A stretch of 56,823 nt of DNA. Origin: a virus. Its lineage: Duplodnaviria; Heunggongvirae; Uroviricota; Caudoviricetes. The stretch is taken from positions 183,874 to 240,696 of IMG/VR virus record IMGVR_UViG_3300029615_000411; one strand, written 5' to 3'. Below, piece by piece: positions 37,428 to 47,438 of this stretch. The notes beneath the pieces were generated by a model. That model did no database searches, was not told the DNA's origin, and saw nothing but the letters and a program-made list of their open reading frames with translations. Each line of letters starts with the position of its first letter. Positions within the stretch are counted from its first letter, which is position 1. Made by a program: the position numbers and the translations under genes.

Positions 37428-38132
37428 TCAGTCAGCGGCTAAAGCAATCCTAAGATTCTTGCAAAACGCGCTTTTTTCGTCAAGGTAACCGTTAACGCCC
37501 ATAATCGCTCCAAAACATCCTTCTGTCCACCTGCAACGGGGAGTATTTGGGGCTGTTGGAATCTGGGTGTATGCTCCGATATCGGTTCTGGCGAAGTATT
37601 CGCCGTATTTATCAACATCCGAAAGAGCGTTATAAACCTTGTATTCGCCGCTACCGTCAATGATTTTGCAATACAGAATCTCCTGCGTGTTTTTGATTGT
37701 TTTGATGATGGGGGTGATATCTCTGTCGCATTCGCGTACCGCGCAATCGAATCTTGCAAGGTACTGCTTGGATTTGTAGTTATCAAGCCGGATTTTCTCA
37801 ATATTAGAGCATTTGTCCAGCTTTTCCATGAGCCGCCCGTAATTGAGGTTAAAGATGACAGTGGTCAAACTTGCAATATAAGAGACAAGGTTGTCTCTCG
37901 TCATACCGGAGAGCATAGTCTTACATCTGCTTATTGCGTTCGGGTTGAGATACAAGACGATTTCATTACCAATATGGTATGCCCAAACAGCTTCCGTGCA
38001 GTTAGCAATTCCAATCATGGTATCATGCATCGCTTTCTGTGCAAAAGGGTCGAATGGCTTATTGAGCCCGCGCAGGAACCATCGCGCATTGTCGAGCTTG
38101 ATATTAACGACAATCAGTGAATTTTCAAACAT
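37428..38132 (-). CDS. Divergent Thg1-like (tRNA-His guanylyltransferase-like) protein
   Basis: FLRGLNKPFD..AM..TM, AY.IGNEI.L, SYIASL.T..FN and ARFD resemble Thg1 motifs. Confidence 0.55.
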   Translation of the reverse strand: MFENSLIVVNIKLDNARWFLRGLNKPFDPFAQKAMHDTMIGIANCTEAVWAYHIGNEIVLYLNPNAISRCKTMLSGMTRDNLVSYIASLTTVIFNLNYGRLMEKLDKCSNIEKIRLDNYKSKQYLARFDCAVRECDRDITPIIKTIKNTQEILYCKIIDGSGEYKVYNALSDVDKYGEYFARTDIGAYTQIPTAPNTPRCRWTEGCFGAIMGVNGYLDEKSAFCKNLRIALAAD

Positions 38133-38137
38133 TTAGT

Positions 38138-39178
38138 TCACCTCTTATACTGTTTTTCCAAAAGAGATTCATTAACGGTCATTACCAACTCTTCGATTTT
38201 CTTCATGTCAGGTTTTTGGGGCAATGGGCTGTTTTCTGCGTCATACTTGAGCCGCTTTTCATATTCGTCAACCATCTCGAAGAATTCCTGCCGATATGTG
38301 CCGTCTTCCTGTACAAACTTTCCGTTCCGGATGTCCATAAGCAAGTCATGCTCTTTGTCTCGGTAGGTGTTGATTTCACCGCGTTCGAGAATATCAAATG
38401 CCATCAAGTAAAGTCTAACAAGATGCATTGCGTGTTTGTTGATATGAGGAAAGTCTTTCTTGGTGTTTCGCTTTCCCAGAGAGTCAAACTGTCCAACCGT
38501 TGCATTCACGGCCTTAATAAGACTCTTGAAGTCACGAAGCGGAAAATTGGTAAGTGCGGCATTGACAACAAGCTGCCGTTTGATTTCTTCATCCTTAACA
38601 TTCCCAATAGAGATGTTGAAATGGTTTTCCGCTTCGGCCGGAGCGTTGTGCTGTAGGTCGGGACCACTAAGTACACGCTGTACGCTTCTTAGCGCAAACT
38701 CCTCTTTCATATCTGTGTTGACATCGTTCTGCAACAAACCCATTTGAAGTCTGCGAAGCTGGTCGTTTGCATAGCCGCCAAAGCTGTACAAGGCTTTCTT
38801 GCTAAGGAAAAGAGCCTTATTATCAAGCAGCATCTGCCCTTCCGGAGATACCATCAGGTAATTATCCGGTTTGCTGCCGAGCATTTCGATGACGTTGGGG
38901 TTGCAGTTAATAAGGAGCGATACGAGTTTACGGAAACCGTAAATCGTCGTGTCGGTAGATTGTTCCACAACCTGTTCAAATGTACCAAATCCTAACAGGT
39001 CATACTTGGAATCTCCCGTTACGCCTCTGACATCAACATCAGAACCGGGAACATTTGTACCGTAAGCATGGCTGCCGCCAAGCGTTAAAAACATGATATT
39101 GCTGCCAAGGTGCGGGTTTTCCCGAAGAAAATCGTACTCCGCTCCCTGAACCACCTTTTCAAGTTCCTCTTTTGTCAT
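38138..39178 (-). CDS. Pol-beta-like nucleotidyltransferase (YcgL/Nuc-transf type)
   Basis: GGSHAYGTNVPGSDVDVRG, NPNVIEML and KHAMHLVRL motifs. Confidence 0.88.
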   Translation of the reverse strand: MTKEELEKVVQGAEYDFLRENPHLGSNIMFLTLGGSHAYGTNVPGSDVDVRGVTGDSKYDLLGFGTFEQVVEQSTDTTIYGFRKLVSLLINCNPNVIEMLGSKPDNYLMVSPEGQMLLDNKALFLSKKALYSFGGYANDQLRRLQMGLLQNDVNTDMKEEFALRSVQRVLSGPDLQHNAPAEAENHFNISIGNVKDEEIKRQLVVNAALTNFPLRDFKSLIKAVNATVGQFDSLGKRNTKKDFPHINKHAMHLVRLYLMAFDILERGEINTYRDKEHDLLMDIRNGKFVQEDGTYRQEFFEMVDEYEKRLKYDAENSPLPQKPDMKKIEELVMTVNESLLEKQYKR

Positions 39179-39187
39179 TTCGTCTCC

Positions 39188-39604
39188 TTATGCTGAAAGC
39201 ATCCAATGCGAATGCTTATCGTCCCATTTTTCGCGTTTTATGGATACACACTTGCCGTATATCGTCTTTGTAATCCGATATACTTCCCCACCGCGCTGCT
39301 TCATACAGCCGTATAGCTTTGTGAACGAACCGGAACTCCAAGTTACATCGGGAGCTTCCTGCCACTCATACCAAACGATTTCGACTTTTGTGTCGGCATC
39401 CTTTGGAACGACCGTTTCATCAATTCCAAGCCTTGTCTTGTATTCGGCATTTTGCGCTTTGATATTATCAATTTGGTCAAGAGCTTTGATAGCTGCATGG
39501 ATTGCCTCGTTGATGTATGGCAGTGATGCGTTTCTGTTTACTGTGCTGTAATCGTTCAGAACTTTTGCAGCTTCTTTGTTTGTCATATCATTGAAAATTG
39601 GCAC
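39188..39604 (-). CDS. Hypothetical protein
   Basis: RBS AGGAG downstream of a class-1 promoter. Confidence 0.7.
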   Translation of the reverse strand: MPIFNDMTNKEAAKVLNDYSTVNRNASLPYINEAIHAAIKALDQIDNIKAQNAEYKTRLGIDETVVPKDADTKVEIVWYEWQEAPDVTWSSGSFTKLYGCMKQRGGEVYRITKTIYGKCVSIKREKWDDKHSHWMLSA

Positions 39605-39725
39605 TTATATACTCCTACCTATATCATATCTTATATTTATATTATACCACAATAAGCATTTACGGTCAATTATGAAAGGTATTAAAATAAAAATACCCTC
39701 CCGCAAAGCGAGAGGATGCGCAAAT

Positions 39726-40571
39726 TCAGATGATATCATTCAGTCGCATTATGCCTACCTTTTCTGGTGACAAATCGATGTCAAGATAGGTACACCCGGA
39801 GCGTTCGCGGTCAATCCTGATGACTTTGTCGTGTGGAACATGCCCGAATACATACAGGGTATTTTTGTGCTCTGCCAACATCTCGTCACCATCATAGCTA
39901 TGCACGCCGCCAAACGGATTATTGTGCGTGATACGAACGCTTTGGTATCTTGCAAGCGCGTCTGTCGTGTTTATCACGAATTCTGCTGCGGTATTAGAAA
40001 ATACAGCCTCAAACCGTTCACGCGTTTTGTTGCTCCCTGTCAGATACTCATAGATGGTATGCTGCGCATCGTAAGGCGCACCGCACATCTCATCCAGCAA
40101 ATAGAGCATGAGTTTCCAAAGCGTATCGTCTTCCCATGCCATCGTATAAACGATGAAATGTTCCTGATAGTCAAGGAATGTTTTTGGGGTATTGTTCAGA
40201 AACTCTTTCCGCTCATTTATATCACAACGCATAGTGTTGATTTCATCGCCCGCCCTGATGATACGCTCTCTCTCCGCAAAACGAAGGAATATTCCTGCGG
40301 CCAGTTTGCGTACCGTGGGATTCTTGGCAAGGATTCGATAATACTGAACCATTTTCTTATGCTGCAGTTCGTGATTGCCGAGCACGATATGTACGGTGTC
40401 CTTGTGTTCTGCCACAAAATCAATAACTTTCTTATTTGCGATACCACGGTCTACAAGGTCGCCCACGAAGATGAGTTTATCCTCATTCTCTTTCCAACCC
40501 ATTTTCTGCAAGGATTCAACAAGACCATTGTAGTTGCCGTGGACATCACCGATGATATAAGTGCTGCTCAT
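39726..40571 (-). CDS. Calcineurin-like metallophosphoesterase (PPP family)
   Basis: GDVHG, GDLVDRG, GNHE and FGH motifs; ATGA overlap at 40571. Confidence 0.9.
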   Translation of the reverse strand: MSSTYIIGDVHGNYNGLVESLQKMGWKENEDKLIFVGDLVDRGIANKKVIDFVAEHKDTVHIVLGNHELQHKKMVQYYRILAKNPTVRKLAAGIFLRFAERERIIRAGDEINTMRCDINERKEFLNNTPKTFLDYQEHFIVYTMAWEDDTLWKLMLYLLDEMCGAPYDAQHTIYEYLTGSNKTRERFEAVFSNTAAEFVINTTDALARYQSVRITHNNPFGGVHSYDGDEMLAEHKNTLYVFGHVPHDKVIRIDRERSGCTYLDIDLSPEKVGIMRLNDII

Positions 40572-41077
40572 AGAGCAGAAGCGCCTGCGAGCGCCAGTTG
40601 GGCTTGAATCCCAGTCAGGCTCAGATATTTCCAAGCCTGAGGCGGGTACTCTTCCCCGATAGCCGTTAAAGGCAAGTCAAGTGCAACAGGAGAGTTGACC
40701 ATCCACCCATACAGACGCTGACGGCGTTTCGCCATAGCGCAGAGCTGGTAGTAAGTCAATCCGCTCTGAACAAGCCACTGCTTAGTATGGTACGGAAGCT
40801 GCTCCAAGGAATTGATGTTGGGGAGTTCTATGGGGCAGTATAAATCATCGATTTTGTCGCAAATAAAACTGCCGACAATCTTATCATCTTCGTCATTGCA
40901 ACAAAGAACAAAGAACGGAGTTTTCAGATTCCAGCAACTGCTTTTCAGGATTTCCATGGTTTTGCTGCCGTTAAGGATATTTTCAAAACCGTCTTTCAGT
41001 CTAAGAAGCACAAATGTGCCATTGTTTTCATCCACGGCGTTTTTTGCCTGTGAAGTCGTAATAATACTATCAAACAT
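40568..41077 (-). CDS. ASCH/PUA-like domain protein
   Basis: ILNGSKTMEI, KIVGSFICDKI and LYGW...P motifs. Confidence 0.6.
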   Translation of the reverse strand: MFDSIITTSQAKNAVDENNGTFVLLRLKDGFENILNGSKTMEILKSSCWNLKTPFFVLCCNDEDDKIVGSFICDKIDDLYCPIELPNINSLEQLPYHTKQWLVQSGLTYYQLCAMAKRRQRLYGWMVNSPVALDLPLTAIGEEYPPQAWKYLSLTGIQAQLALAGASAL

Positions 41078-42443
41078 CGCGTAGCCTTTCCGCCGCAACC
41101 TCCAATAATGCGGCTTTTTCATTTTGAATTTGTTCGTCGATTACAAGGTTTAGCAGGTCGTTAAGAACAGAACCGATTGCCGGGCCTTGCTTAAAGCCAA
41201 TGGCAATCAAATCATTTCCGTTTACTGCCAAATTTTTGATAGAGAAAGTTGAGCGCTCGTCCAAGACCTCTTCAACACAGCACGCAAAAGCAACTGTGTT
41301 TTTGAACCTCGGATAAGCCAACTCGGAATGCGCTCTATTATCACATTCACGAATTTTGAGAAGTCTGTGTAGTTGGTCTACGCCAAACTTATTGAGCATT
41401 CGTCTGGCACAGGCTTTTGTCGCAACAAGTTCCATATCGTGATTTTTGACAAGTTCCACGATGATGTCACGGTCTTTGCTGTTGAAACGAAGCCTTGTCA
41501 GGATGTCGTATGTGATTTCTGCACTTTTTGCCGCATGGTGATAAAAGTGGTCACAGCCGTTTTCGTCTGTGCTTTTTGATTTCGGCTTGCCAATATCATG
41601 GAAGAATAAAACACAACGAACATAGTCGTCTACCCATTCTGCCGGGAAAATATTGCTTGTGGACATATTCCGCATTGCGGAGAGCGTATGCTGAAACACA
41701 TCCTCTACATGGTATGGGTTGTTCTGCTCACATCCAACCATATCGATGATTTCCGGGATGACCCATGCGATACTGGTCTTGTTTTCATCAATTACATCTG
41801 CTGCATAACGGCTGCAGAGAATCTTTCGGATTTCAGCTCCTACTCTTTCGTTGGCAAGCATACGCAGATTAGGAGCATTGATAGCCGCGACCATTCTGGT
41901 ATGCTTGTCAATAATGAACCCAAATGTGGACGAAAATCGAATTGCGCGAAGAATTCGCAGGTAGTCTTCTCCAAATCTTTTTCCGGGGTCGCCTACACAG
42001 CAAATTCGTCTGTTTTTGATGTCGGAAATTCCATCAAACGGGTCAATGAGTCCGATTTTATCGTTGTAAGCCATTGCATTGATGGAAAAATCACGCCGGG
42101 ACAAATCCTCAATGAGATTTTGCGTAAACTCTACATTGTCTGGTCGTCTTCCGTCTGAATACATGCCATCGATACGGTATGTCGTCACCTCATAGTTGTC
42201 GTTTCCAATCAAGACTGTGACCGTACCGTGTTTGATTCCGGTAGGGATTACATTCTTTTCCCCGAAAATTTGCATCACTTGTTCCGGCAGAGCATCCGTG
42301 CAGATGTCCCAATCGTGAGGTTCCTTTTCGAGAATGAAATCCCTTACACAGCCGCCCACAACGAAAGCGGAATGACCATTTTCGTAGAGCTTGTCGATTA
42401 CGACGTTTGCGCCATCCGGGATTTTAATATATAGATTCTGCAA
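41070..42443 (-). CDS. cca: CCA tRNA nucleotidyltransferase with HD domain
   Basis: VGGCVRD, DWDICT, EDLSRRDFSINAMA, EDYLRILRAIRF, HT...HDIGK motifs. Confidence 0.93.
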   Translation of the reverse strand: MQNLYIKIPDGANVVIDKLYENGHSAFVVGGCVRDFILEKEPHDWDICTDALPEQVMQIFGEKNVIPTGIKHGTVTVLIGNDNYEVTTYRIDGMYSDGRRPDNVEFTQNLIEDLSRRDFSINAMAYNDKIGLIDPFDGISDIKNRRICCVGDPGKRFGEDYLRILRAIRFSSTFGFIIDKHTRMVAAINAPNLRMLANERVGAEIRKILCSRYAADVIDENKTSIAWVIPEIIDMVGCEQNNPYHVEDVFQHTLSAMRNMSTSNIFPAEWVDDYVRCVLFFHDIGKPKSKSTDENGCDHFYHHAAKSAEITYDILTRLRFNSKDRDIIVELVKNHDMELVATKACARRMLNKFGVDQLHRLLKIRECDNRAHSELAYPRFKNTVAFACCVEEVLDERSTFSIKNLAVNGNDLIAIGFKQGPAIGSVLNDLLNLVIDEQIQNEKAALLEVAAERLRDV

Positions 42444-42462
42444 AAACGGTCACCTCCAAAAG

Positions 42463-43014
42463 TTAAGACTTTTTGCCAGACACAGGAATTGTGTTCAAAT
42501 TTGTTTCGTCTTCATCTTCGCCAAACAGAAATTTCTCGATACTGCCATGCGTATTGATGGTATGGGCCATAGATGTAGCTACCTGCCATTCAAAAATGGT
42601 ACGAGTTGTGCGAGTCATTTCTGCGAAATCAACGAATTCGTGCTCCAAATTTGCCGCCAGTTCATGTTCCATCATGCTGCCAAGCATTTCCCGAAGCTCT
42701 TCCACGGTTCCGTTAAAGTTTACCGTGTAATCCCCACCCTTACTCTCCGGGTCAAGTTCAGTAATCGTGTCAACAACAGATTCGTAGGTATCATCCAAGA
42801 AATCACTTGTGTTTTCAAGTGCTTCATCAAGGCATTCTTTGAACTGTTCATCTGTCGGCTCTACCTTGCCTTTATGCAGAATATCCAGTTCTTCCATCAT
42901 CTGCATGACGAAATAGCGATAAGCCAGATACATACTCACTTCTGTGAGGTCTGCATTTTCAATGACTTCCTTGTATGCTTTCTGGGGGTCGAGTACAGTT
43001 ACATGTGCTTTCAT
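42463..43014 (-). CDS. Acidic hypothetical protein (paralog of the next gene)
   Basis: MKAHV..., DYTVNFNGT.E.L and GSIEKFLF match the neighbouring gene. Confidence 0.8.
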   Translation of the reverse strand: MKAHVTVLDPQKAYKEVIENADLTEVSMYLAYRYFVMQMMEELDILHKGKVEPTDEQFKECLDEALENTSDFLDDTYESVVDTITELDPESKGGDYTVNFNGTVEELREMLGSMMEHELAANLEHEFVDFAEMTRTTRTIFEWQVATSMAHTINTHGSIEKFLFGEDEDETNLNTIPVSGKKS

Positions 43015-43016
43015 AA

Positions 43017-43505
43017 TCAGTTCTCCTTAAACAGATATGTTTTAATTCCGCCGTTTTGTTCAGCAAGCATTAAGGCGTTGGCGGCAATCACCTCAAACTC
43101 TTCTCTTGTCATGCCGGATTTTTCCAAAAAAGCCTTGATATCAAACTCCAGCGCTAAAGATAGTTCGAAACGGAACTTATCTGTGACGATGCTTTGCAGC
43201 TTCTCCGGCGTACCATCGAATTTCACAGAAAAGTCATTGTTCGGCAAATCGACGATAAACTCATCAATAGCACTGGTGTACGCACAATTCGTATTGTATT
43301 CCGTCCTTGTTTGCGCAGCCGCATTGATTTTGTTTTCACGAACCGATTCACTGACATCCTTTACGCCCTCATCGAGCATATTGACAATCAGGTCACGGAA
43401 CATGAAAAACATTTCTACGGCTCCAACCTTGGCGTTACTGATAACCTTTTTGAGCGCAGCTTCTTTGATAGGTTCCTGAGCACTCGAAGACACATGTGCT
43501 TTCAT
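43017..43505 (-). CDS. Hypothetical protein (paralog of the previous gene)
   Basis: MKAHV..., DFSVKFDGT.E.L and GGIKTYLF. Confidence 0.8.
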   Translation of the reverse strand: MKAHVSSSAQEPIKEAALKKVISNAKVGAVEMFFMFRDLIVNMLDEGVKDVSESVRENKINAAAQTRTEYNTNCAYTSAIDEFIVDLPNNDFSVKFDGTPEKLQSIVTDKFRFELSLALEFDIKAFLEKSGMTREEFEVIAANALMLAEQNGGIKTYLFKEN

Positions 43506-43831
43506 ACCTTCCCCTCCTCAATGCATTGTTTAAATGCAAGTTCTTTGTCTCCGCCGCAGAGTTTCAGCGTGCGGTAGAAGTGACCAACCTTGATGCCGTA
43601 TGCCTGCATGGCTTCACTTTGCGTTCGATAATTTACGCCGTTTACCGTAATGGGCTTAGCCGCACACTCGCTGGCGTTTTTTATCGGAGTCTGTATAGCC
43701 TCTTCGATGGTCATATTCTTGCCGACACTGTTGCAGATACGGTTATAAAGCAGATACGGTGGGATACCGACTGCTTCGGCCAACTCTCTGTAACTTCGAT
43801 ACTTTTTTCCGTTATACTTATATCCTTTCAA
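43502..43831 (-). CDS. Small DNA-binding protein with two NGxxY-helix-HTH repeats
   Basis: YNGKKYRSYRELAEAVGI and VNGVNYRTQSEAMQAYGI. Confidence 0.65.
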   Translation of the reverse strand: MKGYKYNGKKYRSYRELAEAVGIPPYLLYNRICNSVGKNMTIEEAIQTPIKNASECAAKPITVNGVNYRTQSEAMQAYGIKVGHFYRTLKLCGGDKELAFKQCIEEGKV

Positions 43832-43942
43832 CTAAAACTCCTCGCCTGTTCAGGTACCACACTATCTATGCTATGCCATTCGCAAGTTTCTGCAACAGGT
43901 AAAATAATATTTTTTCAAGATAGGCAGATTGTACAAATATGT

Positions 43943-44695
43943 TTATTGGCCCTTGATAATAGCGTTCCAGACAAAACACGCATTCGTTGAAAGGTATCGT
44001 CTAAACAAGCGTTTCGGCTCCTGTGTCAGGCGATAAAACCATTCAAGCCCGCATTTCTGCATCCAGACAGGGGCTCGCTTTACCGTTCCCGCATGGAAAT
44101 CAAATCCAGCCCCAACGCCAATCATAAGCCCTTTTACTTTTTCCTGATGTTCATACATCCAGATTTCCTGTTTAGGCGCACCCAGCCCGACCCAAATAAA
44201 ATCCGGTTCAGCATGATTGATGTCACGGATTACCTCCGCATCCTCTTCCTTGGTAAGAGGTCGGAACGGAGGTGATTTCATACCGACGATATTGATGCCG
44301 GGATATTTTTTATACAGTGTGTCTTCCAGTTTCTTTAATGTCTCCTCTGTCGAACCGTAGAAATAATGCCTGTATCCGTAGGAAGCAGAGACCTTAAAGA
44401 TTTCTGTCATCACATCTGGCCCGGAAATCTTTTCCGCCCACGTTTCGCTTCTCGTTCTGGCAATCATTGCAACAGGAGCACCGTCCGGCAATCTCATGAA
44501 CGCATCGTTCTGAACCTTTCTGTAAGATTCATTTCTGTATGCTGTTACAATCGCATGAACATTGGTGGCACAGATATAGTTTCCGGATAATTCCGGGAGC
44601 CTATCCTTTATGATTCTGAGCAGATGATTCATACTTGTGCATGCAATATCTACGCCCATGATTTTACATTCTTTGATTCTGTTTGGAATTCTCAT
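43943..44695 (-). CDS. WecB/TagA/CpsF-family glycosyltransferase
   Basis: PDGAP, SGPD, SPPF, WVGLGAPKQE, GVGAGFDF and GLEWFYRL.QEP.RL motifs. Confidence 0.93.
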   Translation of the reverse strand: MRIPNRIKECKIMGVDIACTSMNHLLRIIKDRLPELSGNYICATNVHAIVTAYRNESYRKVQNDAFMRLPDGAPVAMIARTRSETWAEKISGPDVMTEIFKVSASYGYRHYFYGSTEETLKKLEDTLYKKYPGINIVGMKSPPFRPLTKEEDAEVIRDINHAEPDFIWVGLGAPKQEIWMYEHQEKVKGLMIGVGAGFDFHAGTVKRAPVWMQKCGLEWFYRLTQEPKRLFRRYLSTNACFVWNAIIKGQ

Positions 44696-45246
44696 ATCAG
44701 CACAAAGTTGTAGTGTGGATATCTTGCCTTTAACAATTTCCATTTCAATTCAAATGTTTGCGTTGTACGCCATTTACCAGTCTTTTTATCGAATCCCTTA
44801 ACATCCTCTACTACCGTTTTTTCGTCCTTTCGATAAACGAAATCAGCACAGTAGATGATAGGGCGCACTGTTTTCCCTTGATACACGAATTTTTCCTGAA
44901 TGATAAGTGGTACCTGCCGTTTCAAATCCGTTATGACGTTGGTTGATACCATGAGTTTGAGTTCCTTATAACGCTCATACTCTTTCACAGAATCGAACTT
45001 GGCTGTTACTTTCCCGTGAATTTTAGGAAGCTCACTCGCCGCAAGTGATTTGATTTGATTGTCTTCGTCCACGAAAACAAAACCATCAGAAAAAACATAT
45101 ACGGGGATATTGAAATATTTGTTTTTCTTGCTTAAAGGGGTTTTTCCCGGAGTTATGGATTGTTGTTTCTTGGGTGTTATCTGTTTAACGCTCAATGCCG
45201 GATTTTTAGCAAGGAGCAGTTTCAAATCATCCTCATTCATCCGCAT
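44692..45246 (-). CDS. DUF1064-like PD-(D/E)XK nuclease
   Basis: KFDSVKEYERY, LKRQV and YCADFVY...VVEDVKG motifs. Confidence 0.8.
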   Translation of the reverse strand: MRMNEDDLKLLLAKNPALSVKQITPKKQQSITPGKTPLSKKNKYFNIPVYVFSDGFVFVDEDNQIKSLAASELPKIHGKVTAKFDSVKEYERYKELKLMVSTNVITDLKRQVPLIIQEKFVYQGKTVRPIIYCADFVYRKDEKTVVEDVKGFDKKTGKWRTTQTFELKWKLLKARYPHYNFVLI

Positions 45247-45252
45247 AAGACA

Positions 45253-47397
45253 TCAAAACAGGGTATTCATATCCCAGCTGATTGCGTTTTTCCGTGCGAA
45301 GATGTTGTTTCTGCTGGTTCCGTAATCAATATCCTGCTGGTCAATGTCATACAGGAACCGAGACGGTTTATCTTCTTCACCCCAAGCGCCAAACGTATGT
45401 CTCTGTTTTGCTGTCGAAAGGTGCAGTTCCTCTTTAGCACGGGTCATCCCGACATAAAGTAGTCTGCGCTCTTCTTCGATTCCGACATCGTCTCTTGAAG
45501 ACGGGATGATAGAATCCTCCAACCCGATAATGTACACGTTTTTGAATTCCAAACCCTTAGATGCATGCAGAGTCATCATGACGACTTTATTTTCTTCACT
45601 GCTCAGCGTATCGACTGCTGACAGAAGCGAAATTTCAGCCAAAAACTCCGACAGGTTGGTTTTGATATGTGCATGTTCGAATTCTTCTGCGGCCACAACA
45701 ACCTGTTCGACATTCTGCAGTTCGTCTTTTCCGTCTACGCCCTTGTCTTCGAGCATTTTTCTGTATCCGGAATACTTGATAACGCTCTGCGTCAATTCTC
45801 CGAGTGTACTGCCGTTTGCCATAAGGCACATTGTGTCATACATCTTAATAAAACTATCAAGAGCAGGCTTTGCTTTCGCGATGGCAGGATAAAGGTCTGC
45901 GTTGCGGATGATTTCCATCATGCTGACTTTATACTGCTGTGCCAGAGTGGCAATTTTATCTACGGTCGCAGCGCCTATCTTACGAGCCGGAACATTGATG
46001 ATTCTCTTCAATCTCTGGTCATCTGCCGGGTTCGCAATGACGCACAGGTACGCAATGATGTCCTTTACTTCTGCACGTTCAAAGAACTTAAAGCCGCCGA
46101 CGATTTTGTAAGGGATTTTTTCTCTCGCCAAAGCCCGTTCTATGACATAAGAAAGACGACTGTTTCTGTACAGGATGGCAACATCGCTGTAATTGTTACC
46201 GGCTGCGATATAATCCTTGATATCCTCAACAATAGAATCCGTTTCGTCGTAGTCGCTGGCATAATAGGTATATGTCGGCATGACTCCCGGATTTCTGTAA
46301 GTCCAGAGGTTTTTATTGTGTCGCTTGGTGTTGTGTCCAATCAGGCTGTTGGCAAGGTTTAAGATGTTACCATCAGAACGATAATTCTGTTCCATCTTGA
46401 TGATATGCGTCCCGTTGAATTCCTGTGGGAAATTCAGGATATTATCGACATCGGCACCACGGAAACTATAAATGGACTGGTCATCATCGCCGACAACACA
46501 GATATTGTGCTCAGGAGAAACCAGAAGAGACAGCAGTTCATGCTGAGACGCGTTCGTGTCCTGATATTCATCGACCATGATATACTGGATTTTTTTCTGC
46601 AGTTCTGCTTGAATGTCCGGATGTTCCTTCAAAAGCCGAATCGTATTGCCGATAAGGTCATCAAAATCCATTGCATTGGCGTTTTTCAGGCGTTCCTGAT
46701 ATTCCTTGTAAAGATGTGCAACGGTGTTGTAGGAAGAAATGGTGCTCTGTGAAATAGCCATGTCCGGCGTAATCATCTTATCCTTCCAGATGGAGATGTG
46801 GTTCAGAACATCGTCCTTGTGGAGTTCTTTCTCCTTGATGCCGTTTGCTTTATAGATATCTTTCAGAACAGACTTGCAGTCTTTCTCATCATAGATGGTA
46901 AAGTCCCGCTTAAATCCAACGAACATGGCATATTCGCGCAGGATACCGACGCATGCAGAATGGAATGTTTTAGCGCATACCTTTTCGGCCGTGTCTTTTC
47001 CCAGTTTGCTTTCGAGACGCTTTTTCATCTCTCCTGCTGCCTTGTTGGTAAAGGTGACAGCCATAATGTTCTGAGGGCTGACAGGTTTTACCTGAAGCAT
47101 TGATTTCAGGTGTTCGGAAATACTGCCAGTACCGGCAAGCACAGATTTCAATTCCTTGATATCATTTTCCGTGACGGGGAATGTCGTTTTTGTACTGTAA
47201 TAGGCATGGCCGAACATGACCATATAAACAATTCGTCCGATAATGGTCGTCGTCTTGCCGCTCCCGGCTCCTGCCAACACAAGAACAGGGCCATCTACAT
47301 TGTAGATAGCCTTTTTCTGCATGGGATTCATAGTCATGAACTTGGCGTCGATATACTGCTTTCTGAGTTCACAAAACTCATTCGTTAAATTCTGCAA
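45253..47397 (-). CDS. pcrA: UvrD/PcrA superfamily-1 helicase
   Basis: AGAGSGKT, TFTNKAA, VDEYQD, GDDDQSIYSFRGA, QNYRS, TLHASKGLEF and EERRLLYVGMTRA motifs. Confidence 0.95.
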   Translation of the reverse strand: MQNLTNEFCELRKQYIDAKFMTMNPMQKKAIYNVDGPVLVLAGAGSGKTTTIIGRIVYMVMFGHAYYSTKTTFPVTENDIKELKSVLAGTGSISEHLKSMLQVKPVSPQNIMAVTFTNKAAGEMKKRLESKLGKDTAEKVCAKTFHSACVGILREYAMFVGFKRDFTIYDEKDCKSVLKDIYKANGIKEKELHKDDVLNHISIWKDKMITPDMAISQSTISSYNTVAHLYKEYQERLKNANAMDFDDLIGNTIRLLKEHPDIQAELQKKIQYIMVDEYQDTNASQHELLSLLVSPEHNICVVGDDDQSIYSFRGADVDNILNFPQEFNGTHIIKMEQNYRSDGNILNLANSLIGHNTKRHNKNLWTYRNPGVMPTYTYYASDYDETDSIVEDIKDYIAAGNNYSDVAILYRNSRLSYVIERALAREKIPYKIVGGFKFFERAEVKDIIAYLCVIANPADDQRLKRIINVPARKIGAATVDKIATLAQQYKVSMMEIIRNADLYPAIAKAKPALDSFIKMYDTMCLMANGSTLGELTQSVIKYSGYRKMLEDKGVDGKDELQNVEQVVVAAEEFEHAHIKTNLSEFLAEISLLSAVDTLSSEENKVVMMTLHASKGLEFKNVYIIGLEDSIIPSSRDDVGIEEERRLLYVGMTRAKEELHLSTAKQRHTFGAWGEEDKPSRFLYDIDQQDIDYGTSRNNIFARKNAISWDMNTLF

Positions 47398-47438
47398 TCA
47401 AATCATCCTTTTTCCTCGCCGACATGAAGTCGGCGGCA

